64,000 nucleotides of DNA from Rhizodiscina lignyota. Taxonomy: Eukaryota. The stretch spans positions 186,001-250,000 of the forward strand of contig ML978123.1 in NCBI GenBank assembly GCA_010015805.1. Direction: 5' to 3'. The notes beneath the pieces were generated by a model. That model did not search any database. It was not told where the DNA came from and saw only the letters and a program-made list of their open reading frames with translations. Position 1 is the first letter of the stretch; every line of letters begins with the position of its first letter. A program made the position numbers and the translations under genes. Positions 26,684 through 38,773 of the stretch are shown one piece after another.

Positions 26684-28426
26684 TCATACACCATCTTGAA
26701 TGGTCCCATCAGGACTTATTCTAAATGGCGCCCAACGTCCAACTCTTCCGTCGAACCGGTCAGAGAGCACTTCGACGACGCTAACAAAGTCCGCTGCTGG
26801 TGCATTTCCAGCTCCATTCTTGCGGCCATACACTGCCTGAGCGTCTTTCTTTCCCTTCGGTACTCGACTCATGAGGATGTGTAGGTCCGCATACGCGGCG
26901 AACGTCATCCCCAGAGCGGGCTTGGAAGTGTTTGACGCGAAGATGGATACGGGCTCCACTTCAGTGTTGGGGCCAGGCTCGTTGAAGGCAGGGTCGTAGG
27001 GACTCGAATATGGAAGAGTCTCGGTTATCCCTACCGCCGTAGTGATAACGTTTCCACCGCGCCGGGCCGGATAGGCTTTGTTGATGAGAATGGTGCAGAT
27101 GTCGTGGTAGCGGGTTAAGTGCGTGAGATGGCGTAAAAAGGGCGTCATCACCGCGTGTGCTGGAAGAAAATTCAGCCAGGCATTGCCAAAGGGATAATGT
27201 CTAATACAGGGACAGAGGGGGGCATAGAGCAGAATCATTCATACCCTGAACAAAATTCGCCTTCATGATCGGATTGAGCACTTGTGTGATATTGTCAATG
27301 ACGATCATTCCGATCTTCGAAGGCGCCGTTTCCAAGTCGTTTACGCTCATCTGCTCCTCATGGCCGCTGGTCTGAGATTTAGATTGCTCTTGGGGCTTGT
27401 CGCAGCGTGTGTCTTGAGCGTCAAGCCCAACAGTCTCCTGAGGTTCTGTACTCGTGAATAGCATATCCTCGTCCTCATCTTCACTATCCGCTATCTCAAG
27501 CTTTTTTTGCGCGACTGCCCCTTTCTGAGGGAGGTCTTGGTTGCCATTTGCGATGTTCTTAGGACCGCTCTCATCTTCAGTAATGGCAATGGCCCGCTGC
27601 TTCCTCCGTTCAAAACTCTCTCGAATCTCCCCAACCGACTCGGCCAAGCCCACGAGATCAAAGACTCTCATGATCTTGACCCTGTCCAAGATCGCCTCCT
27701 CTTCGACATTCAGCTCAGAAGATCTCCCATCTGCGTTCTCATGAGACGTTGCTGACTGGTCCTCAATCCGCTGTGCTTCAAGCTGCTTCTTTGCCCCTTT
27801 TCGAATCACAGTCTCAAAGCCGCGGCTTTGGTAGCTCTCTGGAAGCGGGTCAGGTCCTTGGTTCGCGGTGTGTCGAACTGTGCCGAGCGTCTTCCGCGAC
27901 TTTAGACATGAGAGAACTGCCTGATGCAGTCTGAGGACGTCAAAAGTTCCGTTTGTATCGATGATGGCGGCTTGGGCGGATGGAGAAGAGAGTATATGTG
28001 ATACTACTGCTTGGAGAGATAGCTGAAGAAAGCAAACGTTAGAACACAAAGAAAAGAAAAGTGGAGGCAGAGACTGGATCTTTTAATGGCAGATCTGGAC
28101 ACGTGACCAAGATTGAAAATAAATGACAGCTTGAGCCTGATTTGAAGCTCAATGATGAACAATAACAAAAATGGTGTCCACTGAGGCGACGAAAGAGAAC
28201 ATACCGTGCTCTTCCCAACCGCCCCGTCACCACTTACCACATTGACGCGTCCATAGTCGAAGCCGCCTCCCAGTGCTTCATTAATAAGGTGACAGCCAGT
28301 ATCAATACGTCTTCGGTTCTTATCACGCGTCCGGCGCTCTGTATTCGCGATATCCAGCAGCGTAGACGCGAGCATTGGCTGGGCGGGATGTGCAGTTGCC
28401 AGCACCGCGTCGGGCGTCGATGTCAT
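26684..28426 (-). CDS. Rad51 paralog-like RecA-fold protein (RAD51D/Rdl1/Rad55-like), 3 exons
   Basis: IDTGCHLINEALGGGFDYGRVNVVSG, Walker A GDGAVGKST, IIDTNGTFD, RVKIMRVFDL, Walker B MIVIDNIT, KPALG..F. Confidence 0.75.
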
Positions 28427-29429
28427 TGTAAACTTGATTGCGAGACTGGTATTTGAAAATTGTTGTGTGATACGGAAAGAGCTGAACGCATCGGAGTCAT
28501 AATACGTAACTGGATCGTGGAGTCACATGTTGAAGTGGTGGTGGTTCCCCCGAAAGATTCAGGCCGTAGAGTATGTTTGAGATGCGCTAAGCTTCGTTCA
28601 TTGTGGAATACAACAGCGCCGCACACATAATGTTTCAAAAGGATGACACAGATGATCTTTCCAACTACGGACGGTCTGATTTACACTCGTCAAGACTTGC
28701 CTGGCCTACTCTTGGCACTGGCGTATACAGAAAGTGCGACCTCCCTCAGTGGGGAAAGAGCGCTGCCGTCGAAAAAGTTTAAACCCCCGTCCCCTCGCCA
28801 GGCCGATTTCACCAATTTGCGAAACTCAAATCTCTCAAACCGCTTGCAGGTCAAATCGGACGCACCGACGGGAGAGTTTCCATGTGTATCGATTCTCTTG
28901 TTGAGACTTGCTTTCCTTTCAACATGCGCCTGAACAGTGCATACAATGTTGCTTGAAGCCTAGTCGAATCTTTCCCGCATGACTTGGGATCTTGCACTGG
29001 GTCGCAACAAAGTCCTTGTCTAGAGCCGCAGCGAATGCAGAGCGCCGATAGCCTCTTTAGTGATCTGTGTTTCGTGACCTTGACTCAACTTGCTGGGCGT
29101 CTGGGATATGCTCCTGAATCAGTCTTCGCGTTGAGCAACGTTCGATCAAGGCTAGCTTGGCTGGCTTTCCGGTAAACAGTTCGCCAAGTAGCATGCCTAT
29201 TAAAGCCATACCCCCAATGCTACCTGGAATTGTGACTTTAAACTTGTCTCTGTTCATAAACCCTCATCAATGTGGTTGGCGTCGTCCATCGTGCATGTGA
29301 AGCAATTATAGAAGCCATTGTCTGTTCAAGATAATTGAACGAAAGATCTCGAACAATGCATCATTTCATTAATCTTCCCGGAACTCTTGTGTAGAGACGC
29401 CTTGAAATGCATGCGGAATCGAATCGTCA

Positions 29430-30661
29430 TCACTCATTTTCGTCTTCCCATTCGCTCCTTTTGCTCTTCTCCTGCTCTTCAATATCCCTTCTTAACAGTA
29501 CCCCTTCCCAACCTCTCCTGACTACATCGACCATGACATTACTCGTCAGCGCCAGCTTTTCCATCGCTTCAGCAATAGGTAGCAAAGATGACTGATACTG
29601 CGCCTCCTCCTCATCAACTCCAGTTCCCTCGTGCCGCTGTGGCACATAATCGACCGGGTCTTGCGCTAATCGTTCTTCGAGCTTTAGATCGGGTGGGAAA
29701 GGTGGAGGATGGATGTACGGAGTCGTCGAGCTATGCAGTTGTAGTTCGTCGCTAAGAGGGACATCCTCTGGAGCCTCATTGGAGTTGGCAGCAGGACCAG
29801 TGCCGCTTGCCTCTGCTGCTTCTCCGTTTACTGCGGCTTCGACGTCCGGCGGTATCGTCTCAGCGATGTACCAAAACAGGATATACTGCGTTCTTCGGCC
29901 ATTTGGTGCAAACTGCATCCACACTGCTTCGGTTGTGAATGGTCCTATTGAGCCTGTTGGTAATGGCGCCGCAGGAGCAGGCTGGCGATGCTTTTGCGGA
30001 ATGGGCAGCAGGCGATTTCGGTATCCAGACTTTGAACACAAGTGTAAGCAAAGAACCAATAATATCAACTTTGAGTCCTTTGTTTGAATGCGAGAGAAAT
30101 GACTACTGGTGACCGGACGTTCTACATAGTGGATGAAGCCAATATCGCATAATTCCTGACCATGATGAATGATGATGAATGATAAAACGAACTGAAGCAA
30201 CACTCATTCGAAGCAATTCAAAACCAAATCTCCATGAAAAAAAGGGGGGGATCAACACATACCTCCTCAAATCCCTCCCTACAAGCCGCCCTCTCCACAC
30301 TCTCGCCAGCATCCTTCCTCCCCTTCGGCAGGAACCAATACTCATCCCTCGAGTGATAACAAACTACAACCCGCTCACTCTTCAGATGAAAAATCGCCAC
30401 ACCAGCCGCGACCTGCGTGTGCTCAGAGTCAAACTGCGCATACAGCGGATCGTCGGTGTGCGGTTTGGGTTGCCCCCTTGGCTTTAAACTGGAAGGGCTT
30501 GCTTTCAAGTTGGAGCTAGGGATCCCTTCATCGACATAGCTTGTTGAGGGCAGAGTCGCCATTCCTGCTACTGGTGATGCGGGGCCTGTGGAGACTGGTG
30601 ATGCTGGAGGTGAGTGAGTGGCAGAGCGGTGTCGGCGGAGTGATGAAGATGTGCAGCCCAT
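29430..30661 (-). CDS. Nudix hydrolase
   Basis: Spliced Nudix box FLPKGRKDAGESVERAACREGFEE|SGY across an intron at ~30031-30262. Confidence 0.85.
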
Positions 30662-30986
30662 AAATGGAGGTTCTTACTCGCGTCGACTTCAACTAATGAC
30701 CAGCGTCTCTTTCGGGCTTGACTCAACTCGTATCCAGAATCCGAGGCATTTAAATTCGTTGGCCAGAGGAATGACGTATCTCCCAATGTTAGGGTGGTGC
30801 CTGTCTATCTTCACCGGCCGCAGCCTTGATCGTCAATCCCAGCCCTAAATTCAGGCACACGGGAACCAAGGCAAAGATCGGGCGATCACAGCAGATCTTA
30901 AAATGGGGCGGAGTGATCCTCAACGCCGTACATACTATAGGGATACATGTACAACACAGGCCGGCTAATCTCACAATGTACGGTGA

Positions 30987-32381
30987 TTATGCGACTTTTG
31001 TCTCGACTGTACCAACAGGCCTCTCCACCAGTTCTACGCAGCCTTCAACAACTCCTTTCCTGGTGCTCTCACTGCTCACATTCTTCCCGCCCAGGTATCC
31101 GAGCCAGACGAGTCTTGCTATTCTCTCATCCCTGACGGCGCCTAGGTCCATTACTTCGCCGTCCTCCTTGGCCTGGAACAGCACGCCCATGCTACCATCA
31201 GCCGGTCTTGTCAGAATCACAATCGAGCCCTTGGGCGCTTTGCCCTTTCCAGTGAACAGCCTTTCAAGTTCCTTCTTTGCCGCACCGAACGAGTCGTCAG
31301 AGTACTCGTTCGATCCCTGCCGCTGTGCATCCTGCGTGCGAGTTGTGATGCCTCGTATCCAACCGTCTCTCAGATGATTGAAGTCCGTGCTGCGAGTTGG
31401 CACAATGCGGAATGCCATGTTAACTCCGTCCTGTTCCAGGTCGTTGTGCTTTGTGTCCCGCAGTAGCTCGTCCCATATCTTGAAGGACTCTTCGGGATCG
31501 AGCAGGCTGTGTCGTAGCTGCTCCTTCTCTCCAGGTATCAGTGCTGAAGCCAATGGATTCACTCTCTTGATCAATTTCGCCTGCAGTTTCTGGAGGGATG
31601 TGGTCTGGACGTAGAGGCCGACGACATAGACTTGTATATTGAGGAAGGACACTGTTCTGATGCCAAGCCCAACGAGTGTGTATTCTTCAGACTGTGCAGT
31701 CTGGCCTGCAATGCCACTGCTCGTCGGATTCGAAGATGTGGATGGTAGGTATATCTTCTTTGGAAAGTGCGGTATCGACGATGTGCCTGTGGGAACGAGC
31801 TCCAGCTCTTCGCCGGTCTGCTGATCTTGCGCAACTAGCTTCTCCCCACCGGGTGCCACTACTACCGGCCGACCTTGAAATGTCTCATTTGCTCCTTTCG
31901 GTGCATCTGCTGCCACTGTCAACTTCAGCGGTCCGCTAGTGCTCACAGATATAGAGCCTGGGCCTTGATGCTCCTGAGGCCCTGTTCCAGCATCTTTATC
32001 CCGCGGGGTTGACTTTGAATTGGCCATCTTGTCATCTATTGGGAAGAAGACAGTAATTGCAACCGTGAGACCAACGCAGACTACCGCGCCTATCGATAAA
32101 AAGAAGATTCGTCGCTTGTCCTCGGCCAGCTGGGCATGGTACTTTCGATGTGCAGTTACTTCATCATATGGGTTCTTCATTGGCTTGTTAAGCTGAGCGT
32201 CTTCAAATTGGCCGAGTCTGCGATTGCCGCGTGGTGCGACATATGCCGCAGACCGTTGTTTGAGCGAAGGGAGTGCATTTGCTCTCGATTGAGACAGGAC
32301 AGGACGAGGAGTGAGGTGGCAGTGAAAGGCCGCGGATCGCCGGGAGAGGATGCGAGGTATGGATTTCGCAGAGGAAGCCAT
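30987..32381 (-). CDS. AIM18: Mitochondrial chalcone-isomerase-like protein Aim18/Aim46
   Basis: Arg/Ser-rich presequence, one TM helix, YTLVGLGIRTVSFLNIQVYVVGLY, RIVPTRSTDFNHLRDGW, GYLGGKNVSSE. Confidence 0.85.
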   Translation of the reverse strand: MASSAKSIPRILSRRSAAFHCHLTPRPVLSQSRANALPSLKQRSAAYVAPRGNRRLGQFEDAQLNKPMKNPYDEVTAHRKYHAQLAEDKRRIFFLSIGAVVCVGLTVAITVFFPIDDKMANSKSTPRDKDAGTGPQEHQGPGSISVSTSGPLKLTVAADAPKGANETFQGRPVVVAPGGEKLVAQDQQTGEELELVPTGTSSIPHFPKKIYLPSTSSNPTSSGIAGQTAQSEEYTLVGLGIRTVSFLNIQVYVVGLYVQTTSLQKLQAKLIKRVNPLASALIPGEKEQLRHSLLDPEESFKIWDELLRDTKHNDLEQDGVNMAFRIVPTRSTDFNHLRDGWIRGITTRTQDAQRQGSNEYSDDSFGAAKKELERLFTGKGKAPKGSIVILTRPADGSMGVLFQAKEDGEVMDLGAVRDERIARLVWLGYLGGKNVSSESTRKGVVEGCVELVERPVGTVETKVA

Positions 32382-32624
32382 TGTTGAAGAAGCGTCAGCC
32401 AGAAAGTTTGAGTCTCAGCGACTTTGCATATGTGCAGAAGGTGGAATGATCAGACGATGATGCGGAGTTCGGAGCTTAAGCTGCTGGTGCCAAGGCAGTC
32501 TGTCGATCTCCCGCACTGCTCCACACCAGTCGCCCCAAGACGCGAGCGCGTCCTCCTGGCGCTCGACAACGTCACTGATTAAGTATCGAGTCGACATACA
32601 TTGAGAACGTGTCAAATCACCATC

Positions 32625-33789
32625 ATGCCTATCGTAAATAGAAAGCGACGCGCAGTATGTCAAAACATCCTTCTCTAATTGGCCTCGCTAACTGTCACCG
32701 CAGCCGGCAGAAGATGAATCTGAAGCTTCGGGCACCCCGATTTCAGCGACTCAGAGCGAACAGAGACGAAGAAAGCGCGTATCGCGTTCGCCAGAATCTG
32801 AAGAATATGCAGACGGTGAAGATTTCACTCAGACCAATGGTTCAAGCCAAGAGCAGATGGTGAAGAAGCTCGTCCGGCTGGCTCTATCATGTGAATATTC
32901 GCGACAACCAATTCGACGCGTCGACATCGGGAAAGGTGAGACACGAATCCGCTCATCGTCTCTGGTTCCCTTCAAAACTAAATCTGTCTGCAGTGCTTGG
33001 TGGCCGGTCAAGACAATTCAAGGAAGTCTTCGACGAGGCGCAAATGACGCTCAGAGACACGTTTGGTATGGAGTTGGTCGAGTTACCTGTGAAGGAGAAA
33101 GTCACGCTACAGCAACGTCGAGGTAAGTAGCTCTCAGTCGTGCACAGAGCAGGCCACTGCTGACTACGTGTACAGCGGCGCAAAAGTCTGAAAAACAAGC
33201 CACGAGCAGCAAATCATGGGTGCTTCAGAGCACACTCCCAGACAAATACCGCGATCCTGATATCATTCCTCCCCCACAGATACCCTCAACCGAGACTGAG
33301 AGTGCCTATGTCGGCCTGTACACGTTCATAGTGGGCGTCATCTACCTTGCGGGCGGTACACTGCCAGAAGCCAAGCTCGAGCGTTATCTGAGGGCCACTA
33401 ATACTGAGACCTCGACACCGATTGATCTGACACAAAAACTCATCACCCGGCTTATTCGTGAAGGTTACATTGTGCGGAACCGGGACAACTCTAGCGGCGA
33501 GGAAGTCGTCGAGTATATGGTCGGGCCACGAGGGAAAGTGGAAATTGGCGAGGAGGGAGTGGCAGGCTTAGTGCAGACGGTGTATGGTGAGAAAGCGCCG
33601 GACGACCTAGAGAGGCGCCTCGAGCGTAGTCTTGGATTGGGAGAGCGGCGAGCCGCACCAACGGACGGCGTCGTTAGAGAAACCAACGGAGGCTCGCGTA
33701 AAGGGCGTCGTCGACCGAAGAAGGAGGCGGGCGAGGAAGAGGGGGTGGAGCAGGAGGAGCAGGAGAGCTCGGACGAGGATGAAGAGTAA
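32625..33789 (+). CDS. NSE3: Smc5/6 complex subunit Nse3 (MAGE family), multi-exon
   Basis: MVKKLVRLALSCEYSRQPIRR, LRDTFGMELVELP, SWVLQSTLP, YMVGPRGKVE. Confidence 0.88.
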
Positions 33790-34162
33790 TATTCTCTTCA
33801 GATATGACGCGCATGAGGGCGGCAGTCAGCTGAAGCTGGAAAACCGCTACCGTTCAGGCAGGCGGCGGCGGCAGGCATTGCTTGTGTGATGAATAATGCT
33901 GCATTCGTCGAATAAAACGGCCGGCGCGCGCGCGGAGTTGGCCACGAGCGAAAAAGCGGGGCGCTAGTTGAACTTGGCACGAATATGACGGCTCGAAGCC
34001 ACTTCCAATTCCTCGCCCATGCAGATCTTCTAAACAACCACCGCCAACCCACCGTATCCCATCACCACCACCACCACGCCCTGCGCATCGCGTGAGACAT
34101 GATCGCTCCGAATCGCTAACCCATCCTCATTACCCTCCGCATCCCACCAGCCTCCTCCGACC

Positions 34163-36544
34163 ATGGCTTTCAAGCTCTCCAACATCCTCAACCCGCAGTC
34201 CGATCCAGCTTCTCCTGCGCCAGAGCCGCACGAGAACGTTGCGCAAGGTTCGCTTCCACACGCCGAGACTGACCGATATCGCCTTGTGGCTGCTAACGAG
34301 ATTCTCGCGCCAGTCGCTTCGACTTACGATGCTGCCAATGCTTTGACCGCCCTCGCATCGAGTGGCGCGCCTTCCTACGCCTCCAACTACGCGTATAGCA
34401 ACACGCCGACAGCACCATCACGGCCGTATCACTCGCCTACAAACTCTTATGGAGGCGATGCGCGACCTGGCAGCAGCTATGGCACGTACGCGTCGCCCGT
34501 AGAACCTTCACCGCCCATGGATCGCATGCAGCAGCCTTTGTCCTCCAGCCTCCATCAATACCATCACGGCTCAAAGTCACCGGAAGAACAGCGCAGAGAG
34601 TCAATATCGTATCCCCCAGATGTCGGTACAACTCTTCCCCCGATAAAACACTTGGCGAGTTTTGGCGATCGAGTGAGTGAAGGAGCGGAGCGACGCTACG
34701 GGCAAGACGCTTCTCAAATGGCGGCCGGCAGCGATAACACAGACATTAACAACATCGCGCATAATAATAGCGAACCAGACTACGTGCGCGACAGTGCCGC
34801 GATTGCGCAGATCCGGAAGCCTGCGCCCACTCCTCTGACCACTGATCTTTCTCCACAACGCAACGACCGCTCCCCATTCACTCCTCAGATCAAAGACGAA
34901 CCTGCCGCAACACCTCGCACAAGTCCACCTCACAAGTCACCGCCCGCAAACGTAGATCCAGACACCGCCAAGGCGATTGCGGCAGCGGCAAACGAGCACG
35001 GTACGCGCGGTGTCCGTGCTGCGAAACCTACCATCGAAATTCCCGAACCAGACACACCTGCACCTGCCGTCATGAAAAGACCAGCACCAGCAAAAGTCAT
35101 GACGAAAAAGGGCGTCGCGCGCAAGCCACCCGCCAAAAAGCGCAAAGTTGAGGACGAGAACGACCTCCTTCGTCGCTCAGGCACACCCGTGTCACGAACA
35201 ACCTCCAAGACTCCGGCGGTGTCGATGCGTGGCGGTAGCGCTGCGCCAAAGAAGTCGGAATCGAACACCCCACAACTTGGAAGCTCGCCTGCTCCAAACG
35301 ACGCGTCAAGCCCTGCTGCCGAAGAGTTTGAAGAGGACGGTGAGGAGGGTTCGGACAATGAGGTATACTGCGTCTGTCGCAAGCCGGATAATCACAGCTG
35401 GATGATCGCGTGCGATGGTGGCTGCGATGATTGGTTTCACGGCAAGTGTGTCAAGATGAGGGAAGATATGGGCGAGCTCATCGACAAGTACATCTGCCCA
35501 AACTGCACGAGAGACGGCCGCGGCGTCACAACATGGAAGCCGGGATGCAGGAGGCAGGGTTGCAACAAGCCCGCGCGCATCAATGCCGATCCCAAAAAAT
35601 CGAGCAAGTACTGTTCTGATGAGTGCGCAAAGCAGTTTTTCAGCGAGAAGCTCGGCTTGGACAGTGCCAAAGCGAAGGAGAAGGCGAGGAGGAAAGCGAA
35701 CGGCACGGATAATGCAGGCAACGAGATGGAAATTGACGATGAAGACGACTTTGGACCTCGTCTAGGCCCGCTTCGTCCAGGAGAAGTCAAGGCCATGGTC
35801 GACGCGGCGAAGAATCTCGACGAGTTCCGGAAACTGGGCGAGAACATTCTGAGCCCGCCTGCCACTGCTTCACCAGACAAGACCTCCTTCGCCTCCGAGA
35901 TCCCTGCTCCTCAGCCGCCTTCCTTCACGCTTACGCCCTCGGAGAACCTCCGCATTCAAGCCATCAGCAATGAGAAGGACAAGTTGACGCTCCGCCGCGC
36001 TCTGCTTCGAGACAGAGAGCAGTTCACAAAGCTGGTCGTTGACCAAGCGACAAAGTATGCGGAGAAGGAGGGCTTGAAGCCGAAGGACGTCTGTGGCTAC
36101 GACAGCAGACTTGCCTGGAGTGAGCCGGAGTTTGCAAAGTGGCGAGACAGCCGGCAGGGCAAGGCCGCTCTCAAGGCACAGTCCTTGGACGCAACGACCA
36201 CGGACGGCGAAGCCGAGGCCAATGGCGGTGCGATGGAAGAAGACAAGCCTGCTACGAATGGCAGTGATGCTAATGCGAACAAGGCTGAGGAGGCGGCAGA
36301 TATCGGCAAGGGCAACTTCTGCGCCCGCAAGCGCTGCGAGCAGCACAAGCAGTGGGCCAAGATCTCGTCGATGGACGTGCGTGCCGAGCTGTCGGATCTG
36401 CAGGCCGACAGGGCCAAGCTGGAAGAAGAGGAGAAGGAGATTAGGCAGAGGGCGAATCTGAGGTGGCGGGCAGAGAATAGTAGTAAGGGCAATGGTGGTG
36501 AGGCCCAGAGGCTGGAAGGATGGGTTGAGGTTGTCGACGGCTGA
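34163..36544 (+). CDS. SPP1: COMPASS/Set1C PHD-finger subunit Spp1 (Cps40/CXXC1-like)
   Basis: PHD YCVCRKPDNHSWMIACDGGCDDWFHGKCV...YICPNC; CRRQGC...SKYCSDEC; CGYDSRL; CARKRCEQHKQW followed by coiled coil. Confidence 0.88.
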   Translation: MAFKLSNILNPQSDPASPAPEPHENVAQGSLPHAETDRYRLVAANEILAPVASTYDAANALTALASSGAPSYASNYAYSNTPTAPSRPYHSPTNSYGGDARPGSSYGTYASPVEPSPPMDRMQQPLSSSLHQYHHGSKSPEEQRRESISYPPDVGTTLPPIKHLASFGDRVSEGAERRYGQDASQMAAGSDNTDINNIAHNNSEPDYVRDSAAIAQIRKPAPTPLTTDLSPQRNDRSPFTPQIKDEPAATPRTSPPHKSPPANVDPDTAKAIAAAANEHGTRGVRAAKPTIEIPEPDTPAPAVMKRPAPAKVMTKKGVARKPPAKKRKVEDENDLLRRSGTPVSRTTSKTPAVSMRGGSAAPKKSESNTPQLGSSPAPNDASSPAAEEFEEDGEEGSDNEVYCVCRKPDNHSWMIACDGGCDDWFHGKCVKMREDMGELIDKYICPNCTRDGRGVTTWKPGCRRQGCNKPARINADPKKSSKYCSDECAKQFFSEKLGLDSAKAKEKARRKANGTDNAGNEMEIDDEDDFGPRLGPLRPGEVKAMVDAAKNLDEFRKLGENILSPPATASPDKTSFASEIPAPQPPSFTLTPSENLRIQAISNEKDKLTLRRALLRDREQFTKLVVDQATKYAEKEGLKPKDVCGYDSRLAWSEPEFAKWRDSRQGKAALKAQSLDATTTDGEAEANGGAMEEDKPATNGSDANANKAEEAADIGKGNFCARKRCEQHKQWAKISSMDVRAELSDLQADRAKLEEEEKEIRQRANLRWRAENSSKGNGGEAQRLEGWVEVVDG

Positions 36545-37034
36545 CCGATCGGGTTACGACTTGTTAATGGAGCTGGAGCAGGAGCTCCATGATACGGCTG
36601 TTTTTAATGTAGTGGCCGCGCAGACTCAAGCTGGCTAACTTGCGCCAGGTACTGGGTTTCGGCAGCGTCGCACGCTGGAGTTGCAAAAAGTCTCGGAAAG
36701 ACTGAAGCGCATGATACCAAACGTCAAGTCTTTTGCTATCAGATATGTATTCAGCAGCTGCTGTGTAGCACTATACAATGCATTGCAACGAAGGATGTTC
36801 GTTCGCAAATAAAGTGAATTTCGCCAGTGATGTCAGATGAGTGATCGATCCCATCCATGCTCCGCATTTTTCCATCGTCCAATGAATGGATGCTGGTGGC
36901 GCGGCGCATCCGACGCGTTGATTGGCTGGCCCTTGGAGGTTTTTGTAAGCTCCCCAAGCCGGACTGTACACTTCGTCGGAACTCTCGAAAACTCTCCCTT
37001 TCCTCTGTCTACACTCTTTTCGTACGCTCTCATA

Positions 37035-38164
37035 ATGTTCCGACCAGCAGCACAATCCCTCCTGCGGTCTACAAGACCTGCCCTTCAACGCCGGGCCGCA
37101 CAACAGTTCCGCGCCACCTCCCGTAGACATGCTTCCACAGCGGCACCGCAGAAGTCGGGGAGTTGGAGAGGCACGGTACTGAGATGGGGGCTCGCCGGGG
37201 GGTTCATATATTGGTATAATATGAGCAGTGTCTTTGCGGAAGAGCCGGCTTGTACGTTTCTCATTCTTCCGCCGGAGAGTCTAGGGATGGATTAAATTCG
37301 AGCCCAGCTTGACAAGATGGCTAATTACGACTGCGTTGTCCAGACCAAGCGTCGAGGATACCAACAACAGAAGACGAAAATGAGACCCTCCCGACAATAG
37401 ACGACTTGGCCGCCGCGCGAAAGGCCCGCCTGTCTGCCCCCCCTCCGTCCAACTCGCCTTCTTCGTCTGAATCCACGCCCGCCATGATACCCGGCACAGC
37501 GTCACCCGGCGACCTCGAAGAAGAAGCCGAAGGCGAAGGCGCATTCAACCCGGAGACGGGTGAGATCAATTGGGACTGCCCGTGCCTGGGCGGCATGGCG
37601 CATGGGCCGTGTGGCGAAGAGTTCCGGGCGGCATTTAGCTGCTTTGTGTTCAGTAAGGAGGAGCCGAAGGGGATGGATTGCATCGATAAGTTTAGGTGAG
37701 TTTCTGTTTTTACTCAGTTGTATGGGTTGGGTGCGAGGGAAATTTGAGAGTTGGGAGTAGCAATGATGGGCTAATGAGAATACAGGGGCATGCAAGACTG
37801 CTTCAGAAAGTACCCTGAAGTCTATGGCGAAGAGCTGGCGGATGACGAGGACGACGCTGAGAGCGCTGGTGTGGCTGAGGGCCAGGCTGGTCAGCCAGCG
37901 CCGGCACATGCTTCGACGATGACGACGGAAACGCCTGTGTCAGCCCCACCATCTGCTACGTCTGCGACGGAGGCATCTGCATCGGCTCCACCGTCTTCCA
38001 CGGCTGCGACTGAAGTACCTCCTGCGCCAGCTTCCGAACCGGAATCGCCACATGTAACTTCGAGGGAAACGTTGAAGAGACAAGGCGCTGTTAGTGAGAG
38101 CGATGAGCTCGTGCCGAGGGATTGGCACGATACGACGGAAGATAACAAGAGGAAGTCTGCTTGA
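37035..38164 (+). CDS. MIA40: Mitochondrial intermembrane space import oxidoreductase Mia40
   Basis: Presequence plus [38 protein letters not shown], second CX9C across an intron (CIDKFR|GMQDC). Confidence 0.95.
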
Positions 38165-38773
38165 GAATCAAAAGGGAGATGAGAGACTGTATATTTGTAT
38201 GATACGGGCACAGGGTTCGCAGTGGATATTGCATTGCAGGTGTACAAAATGGAGAACGGTGGGACTCTCTTCTCTAAGGATGCGCCCTCGGAACACATTA
38301 GAAGTGTATCTGAAGGTGTTTGTACGAATATCCTCCATCTGCAGTCCTAACAAAGATTTCCCTGCATCTGAGAATTCATCGGATTTCAAACTCCATGGTC
38401 TTCGCTGTAATCTCATCTCCACTCAAAGAACACAGCACTTCCCCATCCATCTTGCCAGGAATATACGCTCCCAGAGGAGCTGCCAGCACGATCTCTTGTC
38501 TTTCGATGATACCCCATAACCATAGGAACGCTCATGCCAGGCCACCAATATGTAGTTTGGTGGTGCTACCAATGACATTGTCACAAGAGCTATTCGGATC
38601 AGATATCTAGATTGCGGTTGGAGGCGACAGCTAACAGTACTCCTTCAGATACAGCGGAGGTGCCGGAATGGACATCGATTTGTTGAGGTAGTTTTTAGAA
38701 AACTGTCGATTTTTTCCCAAGCCGTCTGTTCCAGACGCCACCTGTGTTAGTTACTTAAGGTATGTATCGTCAG

